Counted from the stretch's first letter, positions 1-10,936 are shown. The stretch: 64,000 nt of DNA from Trueperaceae bacterium (GCA_965215565.1 CBDCDZ010000004.1:128001-192000); one strand, 5' to 3'. The notes: generated by a model not told the origin, from the letters alone. Translations and numbers: made by a program.

Positions 1-104
1 TGATCTTTCTCGACCTCGAGCAGAAGGTTCGTATCGCCTAGACGCAGTCTGTCACCGGTCGTGGGTCCGTAGAGTCCGGCGTAGGCGTCGCGGGAGAGCT
101 TCAT
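1..104 (-). CDS. ureC: Urease alpha subunit, 5' fragment (runs off the window)
   Basis: Manual translation from ATG at 104 gives [34 protein letters not shown], the typical UreC N-terminus; ATGA overlap with the ureB stop. Confidence 0.93.
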   Translation of the reverse strand, partial: MKLSRDAYAGLYGPTTGDRLRLGDTNLLLEVEKD

Positions 105-481
105 TTGTCGGCTCCCGTATCAACCTCTTGATAGCCCTGCGCTTTCGCCTCTCTTAAAGCGTCGGCTTGGTTGGGTCCTAGCCCCCCATTCACCAGCGCA
201 TTCATCCCGTAAACCTCTCGCTTTCCACCAAACGCCGCGAGCGTTACCTCACGCCCTTCGCCCGGCTCGAAGCGCAGGGCGGTCCCGGCCGGGACGTCGA
301 GGTGAAAGCCGTACGCCGCCTTCCGCTCGAAGCGGAGCGCCTTATTCACCTCGAAAAAGTGCGTGTGCGAGCCGACCTGAATCGGCCTGTCGCCGGTGTT
401 GTCCACGCGCAGCGTCACGGTTTCGCGTCCTGCGTTTAGCTCGAGTTCCCCTTCATCTACAAGCAGTTCACCTGGAATCAT
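101..481 (-). CDS. ureB: Urease beta subunit
   Basis: MIPGE...[19 protein letters not shown]...RFEPG motifs; start moved to ATG 481, which follows an AGGAG RBS. Confidence 0.95.
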   Translation of the reverse strand: MIPGELLVDEGELELNAGRETVTLRVDNTGDRPIQVGSHTHFFEVNKALRFERKAAYGFHLDVPAGTALRFEPGEGREVTLAAFGGKREVYGMNALVNGGLGPNQADALREAKAQGYQEVDTGADK

Positions 482-540
482 TCCAACTCCTTTTTGGACT
501 GAAATAAGTTCGTCGGACCGTTGAGAGACAGTGACTTTTT

Positions 541-627
541 GTAAGCAATGAGTTGAAAGCAATGAGCAATGAGTGAAAACCAAAAGCCTTTAGACTCATT
601 GCTCATTGCTCGTTACTCATTGCTTAC
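541..627. repeat. Long imperfect inverted repeat built of GCAATGA/TCATTGC heptamers between ureA and ureB
   Basis: gtaagcaatgagt...gcaatgagcaatgagt pairs with actcattgctcattgc...actcattgcttac. Confidence 0.8.
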
Positions 628-926
628 CTGATCGGGTCGTGAATCGTCACAAGCTTGGTACCGTCTGGGAACGTTCCTTCTATCTGAATGTCAGGGATCA
701 TCTCGGGTACACCCGCCATCACATCGTCACACGCTAAGATAGTAGCGCCGTAGCTCATCAGCTCAGAAACACTCTTTCCGTCGCGGACGCCCTCCAAAAC
801 TTCAGCGGTGATGAGTGCTACGGCCTCAGGGTGGTTGAGCTTGAGGCCCCGCTCCTTGCGGCGGCGTGCCACCTCTGCGGCGGTGAAGATAAGGAGTTTG
901 TCCCGTTCTCGTTCGGTGAGTCGCAC
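624..926 (-). CDS. ureA: Urease gamma subunit
   Basis: [12 protein letters not shown]...GLKLNHPEA...[18 protein letters not shown] start at 926 after GGAGG. Confidence 0.95.
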   Translation of the reverse strand: MRLTERERDKLLIFTAAEVARRRKERGLKLNHPEAVALITAEVLEGVRDGKSVSELMSYGATILACDDVMAGVPEMIPDIQIEGTFPDGTKLVTIHDPIR

Positions 927-1053
927 GCGCGTGACCTCCACTCTGTCCTGCTGCTCGCACAGGTCAGTTATAACATCAGACTGAAAAAGGCGTGGCACAA
1001 AGTGAGGGCGTTCGAAGTTACGCTCATAGTTCTACGTCCGCACGTTCTATTTT

Positions 1054-1329
1054 CAGCAGTTCCACTTATCGTTGCTTGAGTGCAACTATGCGAAGCAACA
1101 CTTCTCCGCAGATTTCACAGCTTTGCTGTAACGGAACTTCATCCCTGAACGTGCGTGCTAGGCGATGTTCTTTTTAGTGAGAGCGTCTCTTCGCTTACGA
1201 AGTTTCCCTTTCGCCTTTAAAAGCGAACGGTTTTCAACCGTAACCTGTGCGAAAACGGCGTAACCGGGAATGGCTTCGCCCAAGCTGACCAGCTCCGAGC
1301 TTTGCGAGACAGACTTTGATACCTGCTAT
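1054..1329 (-). mobile_element. Family A MITE-like repeat, expanded copy with nested hairpin modules
   Basis: Ends cagcagttccac and gatacctgctat; core gtgcgtgcta shared with other copies. Confidence 0.8.
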
Positions 1330-1380
1330 TTATAGCGTCATCTCCGAGTATGATAAAGCACCTGATAAGCAAGGAGCCTC

Positions 1381-2823
1381 ATGTCTTTTTCTTTCGCTCA
1401 ACTGTTGGCAACATTGCGGGTCGCCGACCTTATCGATGTCGCGCTCGTCGCCGCCTTTTTATACGGTCTCTTTAGCTGGCTGCGGCGGAGCACCTCGCAA
1501 GCAGCCTCACGACGTCTCGCCGCAGTCGTCGTCATCCTCGGCGCGCTCTACCTACTCGCGAGCCTCTTCGAACTATTTTTGGTCGAGAGCCTTCTGCGGG
1601 GGCTCTTGCTCGTTTCGCTGGTCGCTGCCGTCGTTGTCTTTCAGGCGGAAATCCGCCGCCTGCTCGCGCAGCTCGGCTCCTTTAACCCCTTCGCCTCGTC
1701 TACTAATCCAGGCGAAACAACCATCGATCAACTTGTTGAGGCGTCCGCTCACCTAGCTGCAGCTAAGACCGGCGCGCTCATCGCCCTTAAAGGCCAGGAA
1801 CCATGGGACGACCTCATCCAGGGCGGCGTGACTCTGGACGCTCTAGTAAGCGAGCCGCTCCTCTACAGCCTTTTCAACCCCGAGACGGCGGGGCATGACG
1901 GCGCGGTGCTCATGGAGGGGCAGCGCCTCATCCGTTTTGCGGCGCATCTACCGCTCGCGACTGACCTGCCCGACGAGAGTCGCTTCGGCGGCACGAGGCA
2001 CGCCGCGGCGCTCGGTCTGAGCGAGAACTGCGACGCGCTCGTCATCGTCGTGTCCGAAGAGCGCGGCGTCATGAGCGTGGCTCAGGGAAGTGAGCTTACT
2101 GAACTGGGCTCAGCCAGCGAGCTTAAAGAAAGGGTAGAGGCGTTCTGGCAGCACCGCACCTCAGCCGAGCACTCAAAATGGCAGCGGTGGAGGCCGAGGC
2201 TGCAGACGGCCTCGCTCTCGCTCGGCTCTGCCCTCTTGCTCTGGCTTTTCTTCGCCTACAGCCCGGACACGGTCTCCCGGACGCTCAGCGTCCCCGTCGA
2301 ATTTCGCAACCTACCCGAAGACTGGGTGCTCACTAACCTCGCTCCCGAGACGGTCCAAGCGACCCTCATAGGCTCGGAGCGGAGCTTCGCGCTGATGGAC
2401 CGAGAGGTGCTCGCGGTATCGTTCGACCTCACCGCGCCGCGCGAAGGCTCGCAGAGCTTCGCCGTCGGAGAGGACCGTCTCGAGCTACCTACGGGCCTGC
2501 GGCTCAACAGCGTGAGCCCGCAGCAGGTGCGCGTGGAAGCGCATCAGCTTGTAAGGGCTGAGGTGCCCGTCGAGGTGCCGACTGTCGGGTCGTTGCCCGA
2601 GTCGTTGGGGGTAGCGGACATACGGACGAATCCCGACACCGTCACCTTGCTCGTGCCCATGAGAGAAGCGGAAAGCCCTCAGCGAGTGCTCACCGAGCCG
2701 CTCGACCTGCGCGAGGTGAGGCGTGACTTGAGCGTCAGACGTCTGCTCGTCTTGCCGCCAGGCTGGTATTTGCCAGAGGATCAGGGCTCAGAGGTCGAGG
2801 TGAGCGTGCGTATACAGGAGTAG
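1381..2823 (+). CDS. Membrane diadenylate cyclase (CdaA/DisA_N domain) fused to a C-terminal YbbR/CdaR-like region
   Basis: Three N-terminal TM segments, FQAEIRR, GALI, HDGAV and GTRHAAALG motifs; an extra TM then a beta-rich YbbR-like tail. Confidence 0.85.
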   Translation: MSFSFAQLLATLRVADLIDVALVAAFLYGLFSWLRRSTSQAASRRLAAVVVILGALYLLASLFELFLVESLLRGLLLVSLVAAVVVFQAEIRRLLAQLGSFNPFASSTNPGETTIDQLVEASAHLAAAKTGALIALKGQEPWDDLIQGGVTLDALVSEPLLYSLFNPETAGHDGAVLMEGQRLIRFAAHLPLATDLPDESRFGGTRHAAALGLSENCDALVIVVSEERGVMSVAQGSELTELGSASELKERVEAFWQHRTSAEHSKWQRWRPRLQTASLSLGSALLLWLFFAYSPDTVSRTLSVPVEFRNLPEDWVLTNLAPETVQATLIGSERSFALMDREVLAVSFDLTAPREGSQSFAVGEDRLELPTGLRLNSVSPQQVRVEAHQLVRAEVPVEVPTVGSLPESLGVADIRTNPDTVTLLVPMREAESPQRVLTEPLDLREVRRDLSVRRLLVLPPGWYLPEDQGSEVEVSVRIQE

Positions 2824-2829
2824 AACGAT

Positions 2830-2961
2830 TAGCAGGTATCATCTGGTCAGAGACACTCGCACTTTGTAAAACGATGTTTCCTGCGGAAAACTGCGTAACT
2901 AGCACGCACTTCAAGGGATGATATCTGCGCTCAACTGTCTCAATATGTTGTGGAACTGCTA
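2830..2961 (+). mobile_element. Family A MITE-like repeat
   Basis: tagcaggtatcatctggtcag...tagcacgcac...gatgatatctgcg...ggaactgcta. Confidence 0.85.
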
Positions 2962-3000
2962 GATATATCTGCTTGACCACATGACCCGTTATGATGCCTT

Positions 3001-4305
3001 ATGGAGCGTGAGAACATAGGGCGCAAGAGGCAAGAGGCTATTTACATCGGCGGGGTGGCGGGCGATAAGCCCTCTGTACCCGTTGACGTGGCGAAGCTCG
3101 AGGCGGCCGCCCGCCGCAAGATGAGCGCCGAGGGCTACGCCTACGTCGCGGGTGGCGCGGGCACAGAGAGCACCGTGTCGGAGAACCGCCGGGCGTTTGA
3201 GCGCTGGCGCGTCGTGCCCAGGATGCTCAGGGGCGTGGGGGAGCGCGACACCTCGGTGGAGCTTTTCGGTCATACACTGCCGAGCCCCTTTCTGCTCGCG
3301 CCGATAGGCGTTTTAGAGATGGCCCACAAGGAGGCTGATCTCGCCGTTTCCAGAGCCGCCGCCGCCGAAAACGTCCCCTTCATCTTCTCCAATCAAGCCT
3401 CCGTGCCGATGGAGCGGTGCGCCGAGGCGATGGACGAGGTGACGGACAAAATGATGGATAGTGGCGTCGGCGGGGCCCCGCGTTGGTTCCAGCTCTACTA
3501 CAGCCGCAGCACCGACCTGGTTTTGAGCTTCGTAAGGCGCGCTGAAGCCTGCGGCTGCGCGGCTATCGTCGTCACCCTCGACACGACGCTGCTCGGCTGG
3601 CGCACCCGTGACCTCGACCTCGCCTACCTACCCTTTTTGCGCGGCAAGGGAATCGCGCAGTACACGAGCGATCCCGTGTTTGCACAGCTACTCGAACAAG
3701 CGCCGCCAGCGCAGCGTAGAGGTAGGGTCACTCTCGCCTCCATCCGCGCACTCTGGCAGATGATGAGGGCGCACCCCGGCTCGTTTCGTGACAACGTGCG
3801 CTCCGGGAGGCCCGTCTCCGCCGTGCAGCACTTTATCCAAGGCTACTCCAAACCCTCGCTCGATTGGGACGACGTCGCCTTTCTGCGCGAACAGACTGAG
3901 TTACCTATCCTGCTCAAAGGCGTGCTGCACCCAGGCGACGCGAAAAAGGCGCTCGAGTACGGCGTCGACGGGCTCATCGTCTCCAACCACGGCGGACGGC
4001 AAGTTGACGGAGCCATCGCCGCTCTAGACGCGCTACCCAAAATCGCTGAGGTTGTCCAAGGCCGCGTCCCGGTGTTGATGGATAGCGGCGTTCGCGGTGG
4101 CGCGGACCTCTTCAAAGCGCTCGCACTAGGCGCGACAGCCGTCTGCTTAGGGCGTCCTTACGTCTACGGACTAGCGGTGGCGGGCGAGCGGGGCGTGCGC
4201 GAGGTGATTCAAAACCTCAAGGCGGACTTCGATCTGACGCTGGGCTTAGCGGGCTGCAGAAGCGTGCGGGAGATAGACCGGGGCAGCCTCTCGGCTAGGA
4301 CGTAG
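3001..4305 (+). CDS. FMN-dependent alpha-hydroxy-acid oxidase (lactate 2-monooxygenase-like)
   Basis: SNHGGRQVD catalytic motif, [16 protein letters not shown]. Confidence 0.9.
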   Translation: MERENIGRKRQEAIYIGGVAGDKPSVPVDVAKLEAAARRKMSAEGYAYVAGGAGTESTVSENRRAFERWRVVPRMLRGVGERDTSVELFGHTLPSPFLLAPIGVLEMAHKEADLAVSRAAAAENVPFIFSNQASVPMERCAEAMDEVTDKMMDSGVGGAPRWFQLYYSRSTDLVLSFVRRAEACGCAAIVVTLDTTLLGWRTRDLDLAYLPFLRGKGIAQYTSDPVFAQLLEQAPPAQRRGRVTLASIRALWQMMRAHPGSFRDNVRSGRPVSAVQHFIQGYSKPSLDWDDVAFLREQTELPILLKGVLHPGDAKKALEYGVDGLIVSNHGGRQVDGAIAALDALPKIAEVVQGRVPVLMDSGVRGGADLFKALALGATAVCLGRPYVYGLAVAGERGVREVIQNLKADFDLTLGLAGCRSVREIDRGSLSART

Positions 4306-4531
4306 CCTTCTCCGGTCGGGCAACGACTAGGGTTGGCGGTCGCGGATAGATAGAAGTCATGCGCCTCGTGAGCGGACTCCAATTCCCGCTAGCAAACGAG
4401 GGGTTGCAAACAAGGGGTTGCAACCCCTTGTTTTAGTGAGCATTTCAGAGGAAGCTGCTATAGGGGCGGCTCTCTTCACCTCTTGACGCCCATCTCCTAA
4501 CGCCGCCTCGAGTTTCTGCTACGCTGCGGTA

Positions 4532-4647
4532 TATAGCAAGTATCATTTGGTTTGGGCCAATCTGAGAAGAGAAAACACGCTTTAGCACGCACTTAATTGT
4601 GATGATACTTGCGTGATTCAAGCTCAGTACTTATGTTAATTGCTATA
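4532..4647 (+). mobile_element. Family A MITE-like repeat (GCAAG subtype)
   Basis: tatagcaagtatcatttgg...tagcacgcac...gatgatacttgcg...aattgctata. Confidence 0.85.
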
Positions 4648-4670
4648 GAGAAAAGAATTGGGGCGAGGCT

Positions 4671-7600
4671 GTGTCAGATAAAACCGGGGCGGATAAAACC
4701 GGGTCAGAAGAAGCTAGGTTAGATAAAACTGGGGTGGATCAAACCGAGCCAGACCAGCGTGAGTCGGAGGATGAAACGAACGCCCAGCCGGGCACCTCTT
4801 CAGATTCATCGCTGAGCATCGTCGGGCTAGGCGCGTCGGCGGGCGGCTTGAGGGCGTTGCAGCGCTTCTTTGAGCGCACGCCCGCGCAAAGCGGGCTCGC
4901 CTTCGTCGTCGTGATGCACCTCTCGCCCGAGCACGAGAGCCACCTGGCCTCCCTCTTGGAGGGACACACCGACATGACGGTCGTGCAGGTGAGTGAGACA
5001 CTGCCTATGGAAGCCGAGCACGTCTACGTGATCCCGCCGAACCGCAACCTCTCGGCCATCGACACGCACCTGCGCTTAGACCCCCTGGAGAACGAGCGGC
5101 GGCAGCGTGCGCCCATCGATCACTTTTTCAGGACCCTCGCCCGGATGCACGGGGAGCGAGCCGTCGCCGTGATCTTGTCCGGCACGGGTTCAGACGGCGC
5201 GGTAGGGTTGGGGCGCATCAAGGAGGCTGGGGGGCTCGCTGTGGCGCAAGACCCCAAGGAAGCCGAGTACGACAGTATGCCGCGGAGCGCCATCGCGACG
5301 GGGCAAGTCGACCTCGTTTTGAAGGTCGAGGCGATGCCGGAGCGAATCGTGCGCTACATCAGGGAGCGGCGCGAGTTGCGGCTTCCCGAGCGTGACGAGT
5401 CCTTAGAGCAAGATGACCTCGAGGTGTTGGGGCGCATCCTCGCGCAGCTTCGCGCCCAGACCTCCCACGACTTCTCGCAGTACAAGCGCTCCACGCTCCT
5501 GCGCCGCATCACCCGCCGGATGCAGCTTCACCACCTGGCGCGGCTGCCGGACTACCTGGAGCGGTTGCGCGCCGACCCCGAAGAGGTCGCGCTGCTCCAC
5601 CGCGACTTGCTCATCACCGTCACCAACTTCTTCAGGGACGAAGAGGCGTTTGAAGCTTTGGAGCAGCACATCGCTACGCTCTTTGAGGGCAAGGGTCCCG
5701 GCGACAGCGTGCGGGTCTGGAGCGTCGGCTGCGCGACCGGGGAGGAGGCGTACAGCCTCGCCATCTTACTCCTCGAGCACGCCCACCGACTCTCCGCGCC
5801 GCCCGAGGTGCAACTCTTCGCCACCGACGTTCACCCGGACGCGCTCACGCGGGCCCGCGAGGGGATGTTCCCCAAGGGGATTGCGAGCGATGTCGGCGAG
5901 GCGCGGCTGCGGGAGTTCTTCGTGGAGGAGTCGGGCGGCTACCGCATCAGCCAAGCGGTGCGCGAAAGGGTGGTCTTCGCGCCGCACAACCTCCTCTCCG
6001 ACCCGCCCTTCGCCCACCTCGACCTGGTGGTGTGCCGCAACGTGCTCATCTACCTCAAACGCGAGGTGCAGCGCAAGGTCTTCGAGCTGTTCCACTACGC
6101 GCTCCGCGAAAACGGCACGCTCTTTTTGGGCACGTCGGAAACCGCCGACGACGCGCTCTTTGACATGGTGAGCAAGCCGCACCACCTCTACCGGCGCAAG
6201 GACAAGCGCGTGGGGTTGCATCTGCCTCAGCTCCCCCTCTCGCCGTCTATGGCGAAACCGTCGGGAACGCGCAAGGGCGAGGAGGGCGCGGCGCATGTGC
6301 CTTCTGGCGGTGCGTCCTCCAGGGGTGCCTCCTACGGGGCGCAGCACGCCCGCGCCGCCGAGCGCTACGCCCCGCCCAGCGTGCTGATCGGCGAAGACCA
6401 CGACATCCTGCACTTTTCTGAACACGCTGGGCGCTACCTCTTGCAGCCCGGCGGCGACCCCACCGACAACCTGCATAGGCGCATCCGCGCTGAGCTGCGC
6501 GACGCACTCCGCGCCGCGCTGCAAGCAGCCGAGGCGCGGACAGATAGAGACAAAGCAGCTCGGGGCAAAACGGCTCGAGACAAAACGGTGCGCAGTCGCC
6601 CGGTGACGCTCCGCATCGAGGGCGAGACGCGGCAAGTCGCCCTGCAAGCCTCACGTACCCAAGACGACGACCTTCAAAAAGCCACCCTCATCCTGTTTCA
6701 CGAGTGGGAGCCCGAGGGAGACGCGGAGAGCGTGTCAGAGACCGGCTCCAACGCTGCTGATCCGGTAGTCGAACGGCTCGAGGCGGACGTTGCCGGGCTC
6801 CGCGAGCGGCTCCGCGCCGCCACCAGCGAGTACGAGACCTCGCGTGAAGAGATGAAAGCGAGCAACGAAGAGCTGCAGTCGATGAACGAAGAACTGCGCT
6901 CCACCGCCGAAGAGTTGGAGACCTCCAAGGAGGAGCTGCAGTCCATCAATGAAGAACTCGCCACCTTGAATCAGGAGAACCGGCACAAGGTCGAGGAGCT
7001 GTCGCAGCTCACGGGCGATCTGCAAAACCTGCTCGCTGCCACCGATATCGCCACACTCTTTTTAGACCGCAAGCTGCGCATCCGCCGCTTCACGCCCAAG
7101 GTGGGCGAACTGTTCAGCATCCGCGCAGGCGACGTGGGCAGACCGCTCGCGGACCTCACCCACCGGCTCGGTTACGAGGCGCTCATCGCCGACGCCGAGG
7201 TGGTGCTCCGCACGCTGCAGCCCCTGGAGCGTGAGGTCAGGGGGACGGGGACGGACGCGGTGGAGGATACGCCCTGGTATCTCACGCGCATGTTGCCCTA
7301 CCGCACGCCCGAAGACCGCATCGACGGGGTGGTCCTGACCTTCGTCGAGATCACCCGCTTGAAGCGTGTGGAAGAGACGCTGCGCCGGAGCGAGGAGCGC
7401 TACCGGCTGCTCATCGAGAGCGTGAGCGAATACGCCATTTTCACCACCGACGAGCGCGGCGAAGTCACCACCTGGAACACGGGTGCGGAAAGGCTCCTCG
7501 GCTACACCGAGGAGGAAGCGGTAGGCAGGAACGCCGAGCTTATCTTCACCGAGGAGGACCGGGCGGCGGGCGTGTCCCGGCGAGAGTTGGAACGTGCGGC

Positions 7601-8516
7601 GGAAGAGGGCCAAGCGACGGACGAGCGCTGGCACCGCCGCGAGGACGGGTCGCGCTTCTGGGCGAGCGGCGTCACCACGCCGCTCTGGGGACCGGACGCG
7701 GAGCTGCGCGGTTTCGCCAAGGTGATGCGCGACAACACCCGGCGCAAGAGAGCTGAGGAGGAGCGCGAGGGCTTACTGAACGAACTCGCTGACGAGAGAG
7801 AAGAGCTGAGAAAGCTGACCGAGACGCTCGAGTCCCGCGTGACGGAGCGCACGGCTGAGGTGCGCAAGCTCGCGGCCCAGCTCACCCTGGCTGAGGGGCT
7901 CGAGCGCAACCGCGTCGCGCAGGCCCTGCACGACGAACTGCAGCAGCAACTCGTCGCCATCCAGTTCCCGTTGAGCAGCCTGCGCAAGCGGGTGACGGGC
8001 GAGGACGCCGAAGGATTAAAAGAGGTGTCCGAGTTGCTGAAAGGAGCCATCACGACGACCCGCCAAGTGACGAGCGATCTGAGCCCGCCCGTGCTGCGCG
8101 GCGAAGGGCTCGTCGAGGCGCTGCGCTGGCTCACCCGCCGCTTGGAGGAGCGCTTCGGCTTGCGCGTCTCTCTGGAGGCCGAGGGTGAGACCAGCGTGCG
8201 GGGCGAGGCGGTGCGGGCGCTGCTCTTCTCGCTCGTGCGCGAACTGCTTTTCAACGTCGCCAAGCACGCGGATATCGGCCACGCAACCGTCACCGTGCGC
8301 GAAACGGCGGACGTGCTCACGCTCACCGTCGCCGACGGAGGCAAGGGTTTTGACCTCGCGGTGCTGGACGTTGACGGAGACGGCACCGGCTTAGGGCTCA
8401 GGAGCGCCCGCGAAAGGTTGAGGCTCTTCGGCGGCGACATTGAAATTGTGAGTCAGCCCGGCGACGGTACACACGTCACTATCACCGTGCCCGTCTCAGC
8501 GCTTACACTGGACTAA
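4671..8516 (+). CDS. CheB methylesterase-CheR methyltransferase-PAS-HisKA_3 histidine kinase fusion
   Basis: CheB GASAGG/VMHL/GSDG; CheR SVGCATGEEAYS and CRNVLIY; NEELQS coiled coil; PAS domains; LHDELQQ H-box; NVAKHA and DGGKGF ATPase boxes. Confidence 0.92.
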   Translation: MSDKTGADKTGSEEARLDKTGVDQTEPDQRESEDETNAQPGTSSDSSLSIVGLGASAGGLRALQRFFERTPAQSGLAFVVVMHLSPEHESHLASLLEGHTDMTVVQVSETLPMEAEHVYVIPPNRNLSAIDTHLRLDPLENERRQRAPIDHFFRTLARMHGERAVAVILSGTGSDGAVGLGRIKEAGGLAVAQDPKEAEYDSMPRSAIATGQVDLVLKVEAMPERIVRYIRERRELRLPERDESLEQDDLEVLGRILAQLRAQTSHDFSQYKRSTLLRRITRRMQLHHLARLPDYLERLRADPEEVALLHRDLLITVTNFFRDEEAFEALEQHIATLFEGKGPGDSVRVWSVGCATGEEAYSLAILLLEHAHRLSAPPEVQLFATDVHPDALTRAREGMFPKGIASDVGEARLREFFVEESGGYRISQAVRERVVFAPHNLLSDPPFAHLDLVVCRNVLIYLKREVQRKVFELFHYALRENGTLFLGTSETADDALFDMVSKPHHLYRRKDKRVGLHLPQLPLSPSMAKPSGTRKGEEGAAHVPSGGASSRGASYGAQHARAAERYAPPSVLIGEDHDILHFSEHAGRYLLQPGGDPTDNLHRRIRAELRDALRAALQAAEARTDRDKAARGKTARDKTVRSRPVTLRIEGETRQVALQASRTQDDDLQKATLILFHEWEPEGDAESVSETGSNAADPVVERLEADVAGLRERLRAATSEYETSREEMKASNEELQSMNEELRSTAEELETSKEELQSINEELATLNQENRHKVEELSQLTGDLQNLLAATDIATLFLDRKLRIRRFTPKVGELFSIRAGDVGRPLADLTHRLGYEALIADAEVVLRTLQPLEREVRGTGTDAVEDTPWYLTRMLPYRTPEDRIDGVVLTFVEITRLKRVEETLRRSEERYRLLIESVSEYAIFTTDERGEVTTWNTGAERLLGYTEEEAVGRNAELIFTEEDRAAGVSRRELERAAEEGQATDERWHRREDGSRFWASGVTTPLWGPDAELRGFAKVMRDNTRRKRAEEEREGLLNELADEREELRKLTETLESRVTERTAEVRKLAAQLTLAEGLERNRVAQALHDELQQQLVAIQFPLSSLRKRVTGEDAEGLKEVSELLKGAITTTRQVTSDLSPPVLRGEGLVEALRWLTRRLEERFGLRVSLEAEGETSVRGEAVRALLFSLVRELLFNVAKHADIGHATVTVRETADVLTLTVADGGKGFDLAVLDVDGDGTGLGLRSARERLRLFGGDIEIVSQPGDGTHVTITVPVSALTLD

Positions 8517-8561
8517 CTTAGGAGCGTCGAAACACACCATACGACTCTTTTGGGGGGACGT

Positions 8562-8966
8562 ATGAACGACTCAACCATCTTTATTTTAGAAGACCACGAC
8601 CTCATACGGCGGATGCTGCGCAGGCTCTTAGAAGAGGACGGTTTAACCGTTCTCGGTGAGGCTGCCTCCGCCGAGGACGCCCTGCGCGCGCCCGAACTCA
8701 GGCGCGCCGCGCTCGTGCTCGTCGACCTCTCGCTGCCCGGCATGAGCGGCTTGGACTTCATCCGCTCACCGCGCACCGAAGCGAGCCGCTGCTTGGTGGT
8801 CTCGGCTCACACCGAGCCCTTCTACGCTCAAGCCGCTTGTCAAGCGGGCGCGGCCGGGTTCGTGGCAAAAGACGACCCGGACGCCATCTTAGCGGCGGTG
8901 CGCCGCGCGTTGGAAGCTGGGGCACATAGCGCGAACGGCTCACACGGCGTCCACCGGCTGACCTAA
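8562..8966 (+). CDS. Stand-alone response regulator receiver protein (NarL-type receiver without a DNA-binding domain)
   Basis: LEDHD, VDLSLPGMSG, VSAH, GFVAK motifs. Confidence 0.85.
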   Translation: MNDSTIFILEDHDLIRRMLRRLLEEDGLTVLGEAASAEDALRAPELRRAALVLVDLSLPGMSGLDFIRSPRTEASRCLVVSAHTEPFYAQAACQAGAAGFVAKDDPDAILAAVRRALEAGAHSANGSHGVHRLT

Positions 8967-9031
8967 AGTCGGTGTTCTGGTCCCACACCTCGAGCACTAT
9001 CTTGTGTACGCGCGTCCTATACACTTAGACC

Positions 9032-10783
9032 ATGACGTTCACGCCTCGAGACGAAACGACGCTGAATAACATCGCGGCGGTGACGCGCCAGTTGGGGCGG
9101 CTCGAGGCGCAGCTCGTCACCTACGTGCAGGCGCTAGGCCACGTCGGGGGCGAGCAAGCGACGCTCGTCAGCAACACCCTGGAGGAGTTGCGGCTCACCT
9201 ACGAGGAGCTGCGCAGCCACAACGAGTCGCTCTCCAGCGTGCAGCGCAGTCTGCGCGAAGAGCGCCAGAGCTACCAAGACCTCGTCGAGTTTGCGAGCGA
9301 AGGGCTCGTCGTCACCGATCCGGCGGGCGTCATCCGCGAGGTCAACCAGGCGAGCGTTCAACTCCTCGGGATCGAGCGGCGCTCGCTGGTAGGGCGGCCC
9401 CTGCTGGCCTATCTGCGCTCCCCGGCGGGGCGCGAACTCGCCTGGACGGAGCTGCGCGAGCGCGTGGCGGCGCTCGGGCCCGGCGAGCAGATACGCTGGG
9501 AGGGACGGCTGGGCGCGTGGCGCGAGGTCGAGCCGGAGGTCGCCGTCACGGTGGCGCGTATCGCCCGGCCGGACGCGGCTGAGGTCAGCGGGCTGCACTG
9601 GTCGCTGCGCGACATCAGCGCCCAGAAGCGGAGCGAGGCGGCGGCGCGGCGGCGTCTGCTCGAGTTGGAGGCGCTCTACGCCGCCGCCCCCATCGGACTC
9701 AGCTACTTAGACCGCGAACTGCGCTACTTGCGCGTGAACGAACGGATGGCCGCTATGAACGGTTTCGCGGCTGCCGAGCACCTCGGCAAGCACGGTCCCG
9801 AGTTGATGCCCAGCCTCGAAGAGACGCTCGCGCCTACGCTGCGCGAGGTTTTAGCGCGCGGCGAGCCCCGCTTGAACTTTGAGGTCAGCGGCGAGACGCC
9901 CGCCCACCCCGGCGAGGTGCGCCACTGGCAGGTCAGCCACTACCCGGTCAGGTGCGTTGACGATGAGGTCATCGGCGTCGGCTCGGTGGCGCTCGACATC
10001 ACCGAGCGCGTGCGCTCAGAAGAGGTTGTGCGGGCGCTCAACGAAACCTTGGAGGCGCGCGTCCAGGAACGCACCGAAGAACTGCTGGACGCGAACAAGG
10101 CGCTGCGCCGCAGCGAGTGGCGCTTCTACCAAGCCTTTCACGCCGGGCCGGTGGCGGCCTGCTTGACCACCCTGGGGGAAGACCGCTTTTTAGAGGTGAA
10201 CCGCTCGTTCGAAACGCTGACGGGCTACGCCCCGGACGAGGTCGTCGGCTACACCGCCGAGGAACTCGGCATGTGGTCGTCGGCGGAAGACCGGGCGAAG
10301 CTGGCGCGGGCGCAGGAGGCGGACGAGGGGTTTTACGACCTCGAGCTGAGCCTGCGTACCAGAGCGGGCGACGTGCGCACCGTGCTCCTCTCCGGCGAGG
10401 TCATCCAGCTCGATGGCAACGCCGCGCAGCTCAAGTTTTTCTTTGACATCACCGAGCGCAAGCGCGGCGAGCGAGAACTGCTCGCCGCCATCGAAAGCAC
10501 CCTGCAAGACGCCTTCTGGTTCAGCCACCGGGTCATCGAGAAGCTCGCCCAGATTCGCTCGGGCGACCTCGATCAGACCGAGATAGCCGCGCTGACGCCC
10601 CGCGAGCAGCAGGTGCTCGTACTCGTCGCCAAGGGGCTGAGCAACGTCCAGATCGCCGCTGATCTCGGCTTAGCGCCGCAGACGGTGCGCAACTACCTCG
10701 CGACGCTCTATGACAAAGTCGGTGTTCATTCTCGCGCCGAAGTCATCGTGTGGGCGCGGGAGCGCGGCTTGGTCGGACCTTGA
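9032..10783 (+). CDS. Multi-PAS LuxR-family transcriptional regulator
   Basis: Three PAS-like domains ending DIS/DIT/DIT; C-terminal LTPREQQVL...GLSNVQIA...TVRNY HTH. Confidence 0.9.
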   Translation: MTFTPRDETTLNNIAAVTRQLGRLEAQLVTYVQALGHVGGEQATLVSNTLEELRLTYEELRSHNESLSSVQRSLREERQSYQDLVEFASEGLVVTDPAGVIREVNQASVQLLGIERRSLVGRPLLAYLRSPAGRELAWTELRERVAALGPGEQIRWEGRLGAWREVEPEVAVTVARIARPDAAEVSGLHWSLRDISAQKRSEAAARRRLLELEALYAAAPIGLSYLDRELRYLRVNERMAAMNGFAAAEHLGKHGPELMPSLEETLAPTLREVLARGEPRLNFEVSGETPAHPGEVRHWQVSHYPVRCVDDEVIGVGSVALDITERVRSEEVVRALNETLEARVQERTEELLDANKALRRSEWRFYQAFHAGPVAACLTTLGEDRFLEVNRSFETLTGYAPDEVVGYTAEELGMWSSAEDRAKLARAQEADEGFYDLELSLRTRAGDVRTVLLSGEVIQLDGNAAQLKFFFDITERKRGERELLAAIESTLQDAFWFSHRVIEKLAQIRSGDLDQTEIAALTPREQQVLVLVAKGLSNVQIAADLGLAPQTVRNYLATLYDKVGVHSRAEVIVWARERGLVGP

Positions 10784-10802
10784 CCCGCGAGCCTGGTTAA
10801 AT

Positions 10803-10936
10803 TAGCACTTCCAAAATATACTGAGACAGACGAATGCAGACATCATCTCATAATGTGCGTGCTAAACACCACTTATTATAGTAAGAGTGTTTCAGACCAG
10901 TTCTGAGCTTTGCGAGACAGACTTTGATACCTACTA
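10803..10936 (-). mobile_element. Family A MITE-like repeat with a ~24-nt insert in its left end
   Basis: tagcacttcc...gcagacatcatc...gtgcgtgctaaac...gaccag[insert]tgatacctacta. Confidence 0.8.

Noticed and set aside
7502..8440. 312-aa minus-strand ORF, and similar ORFs such as 5766-6647
   Set aside because: Antisense shadows of the well-supported CheBR kinase in GC-rich DNA
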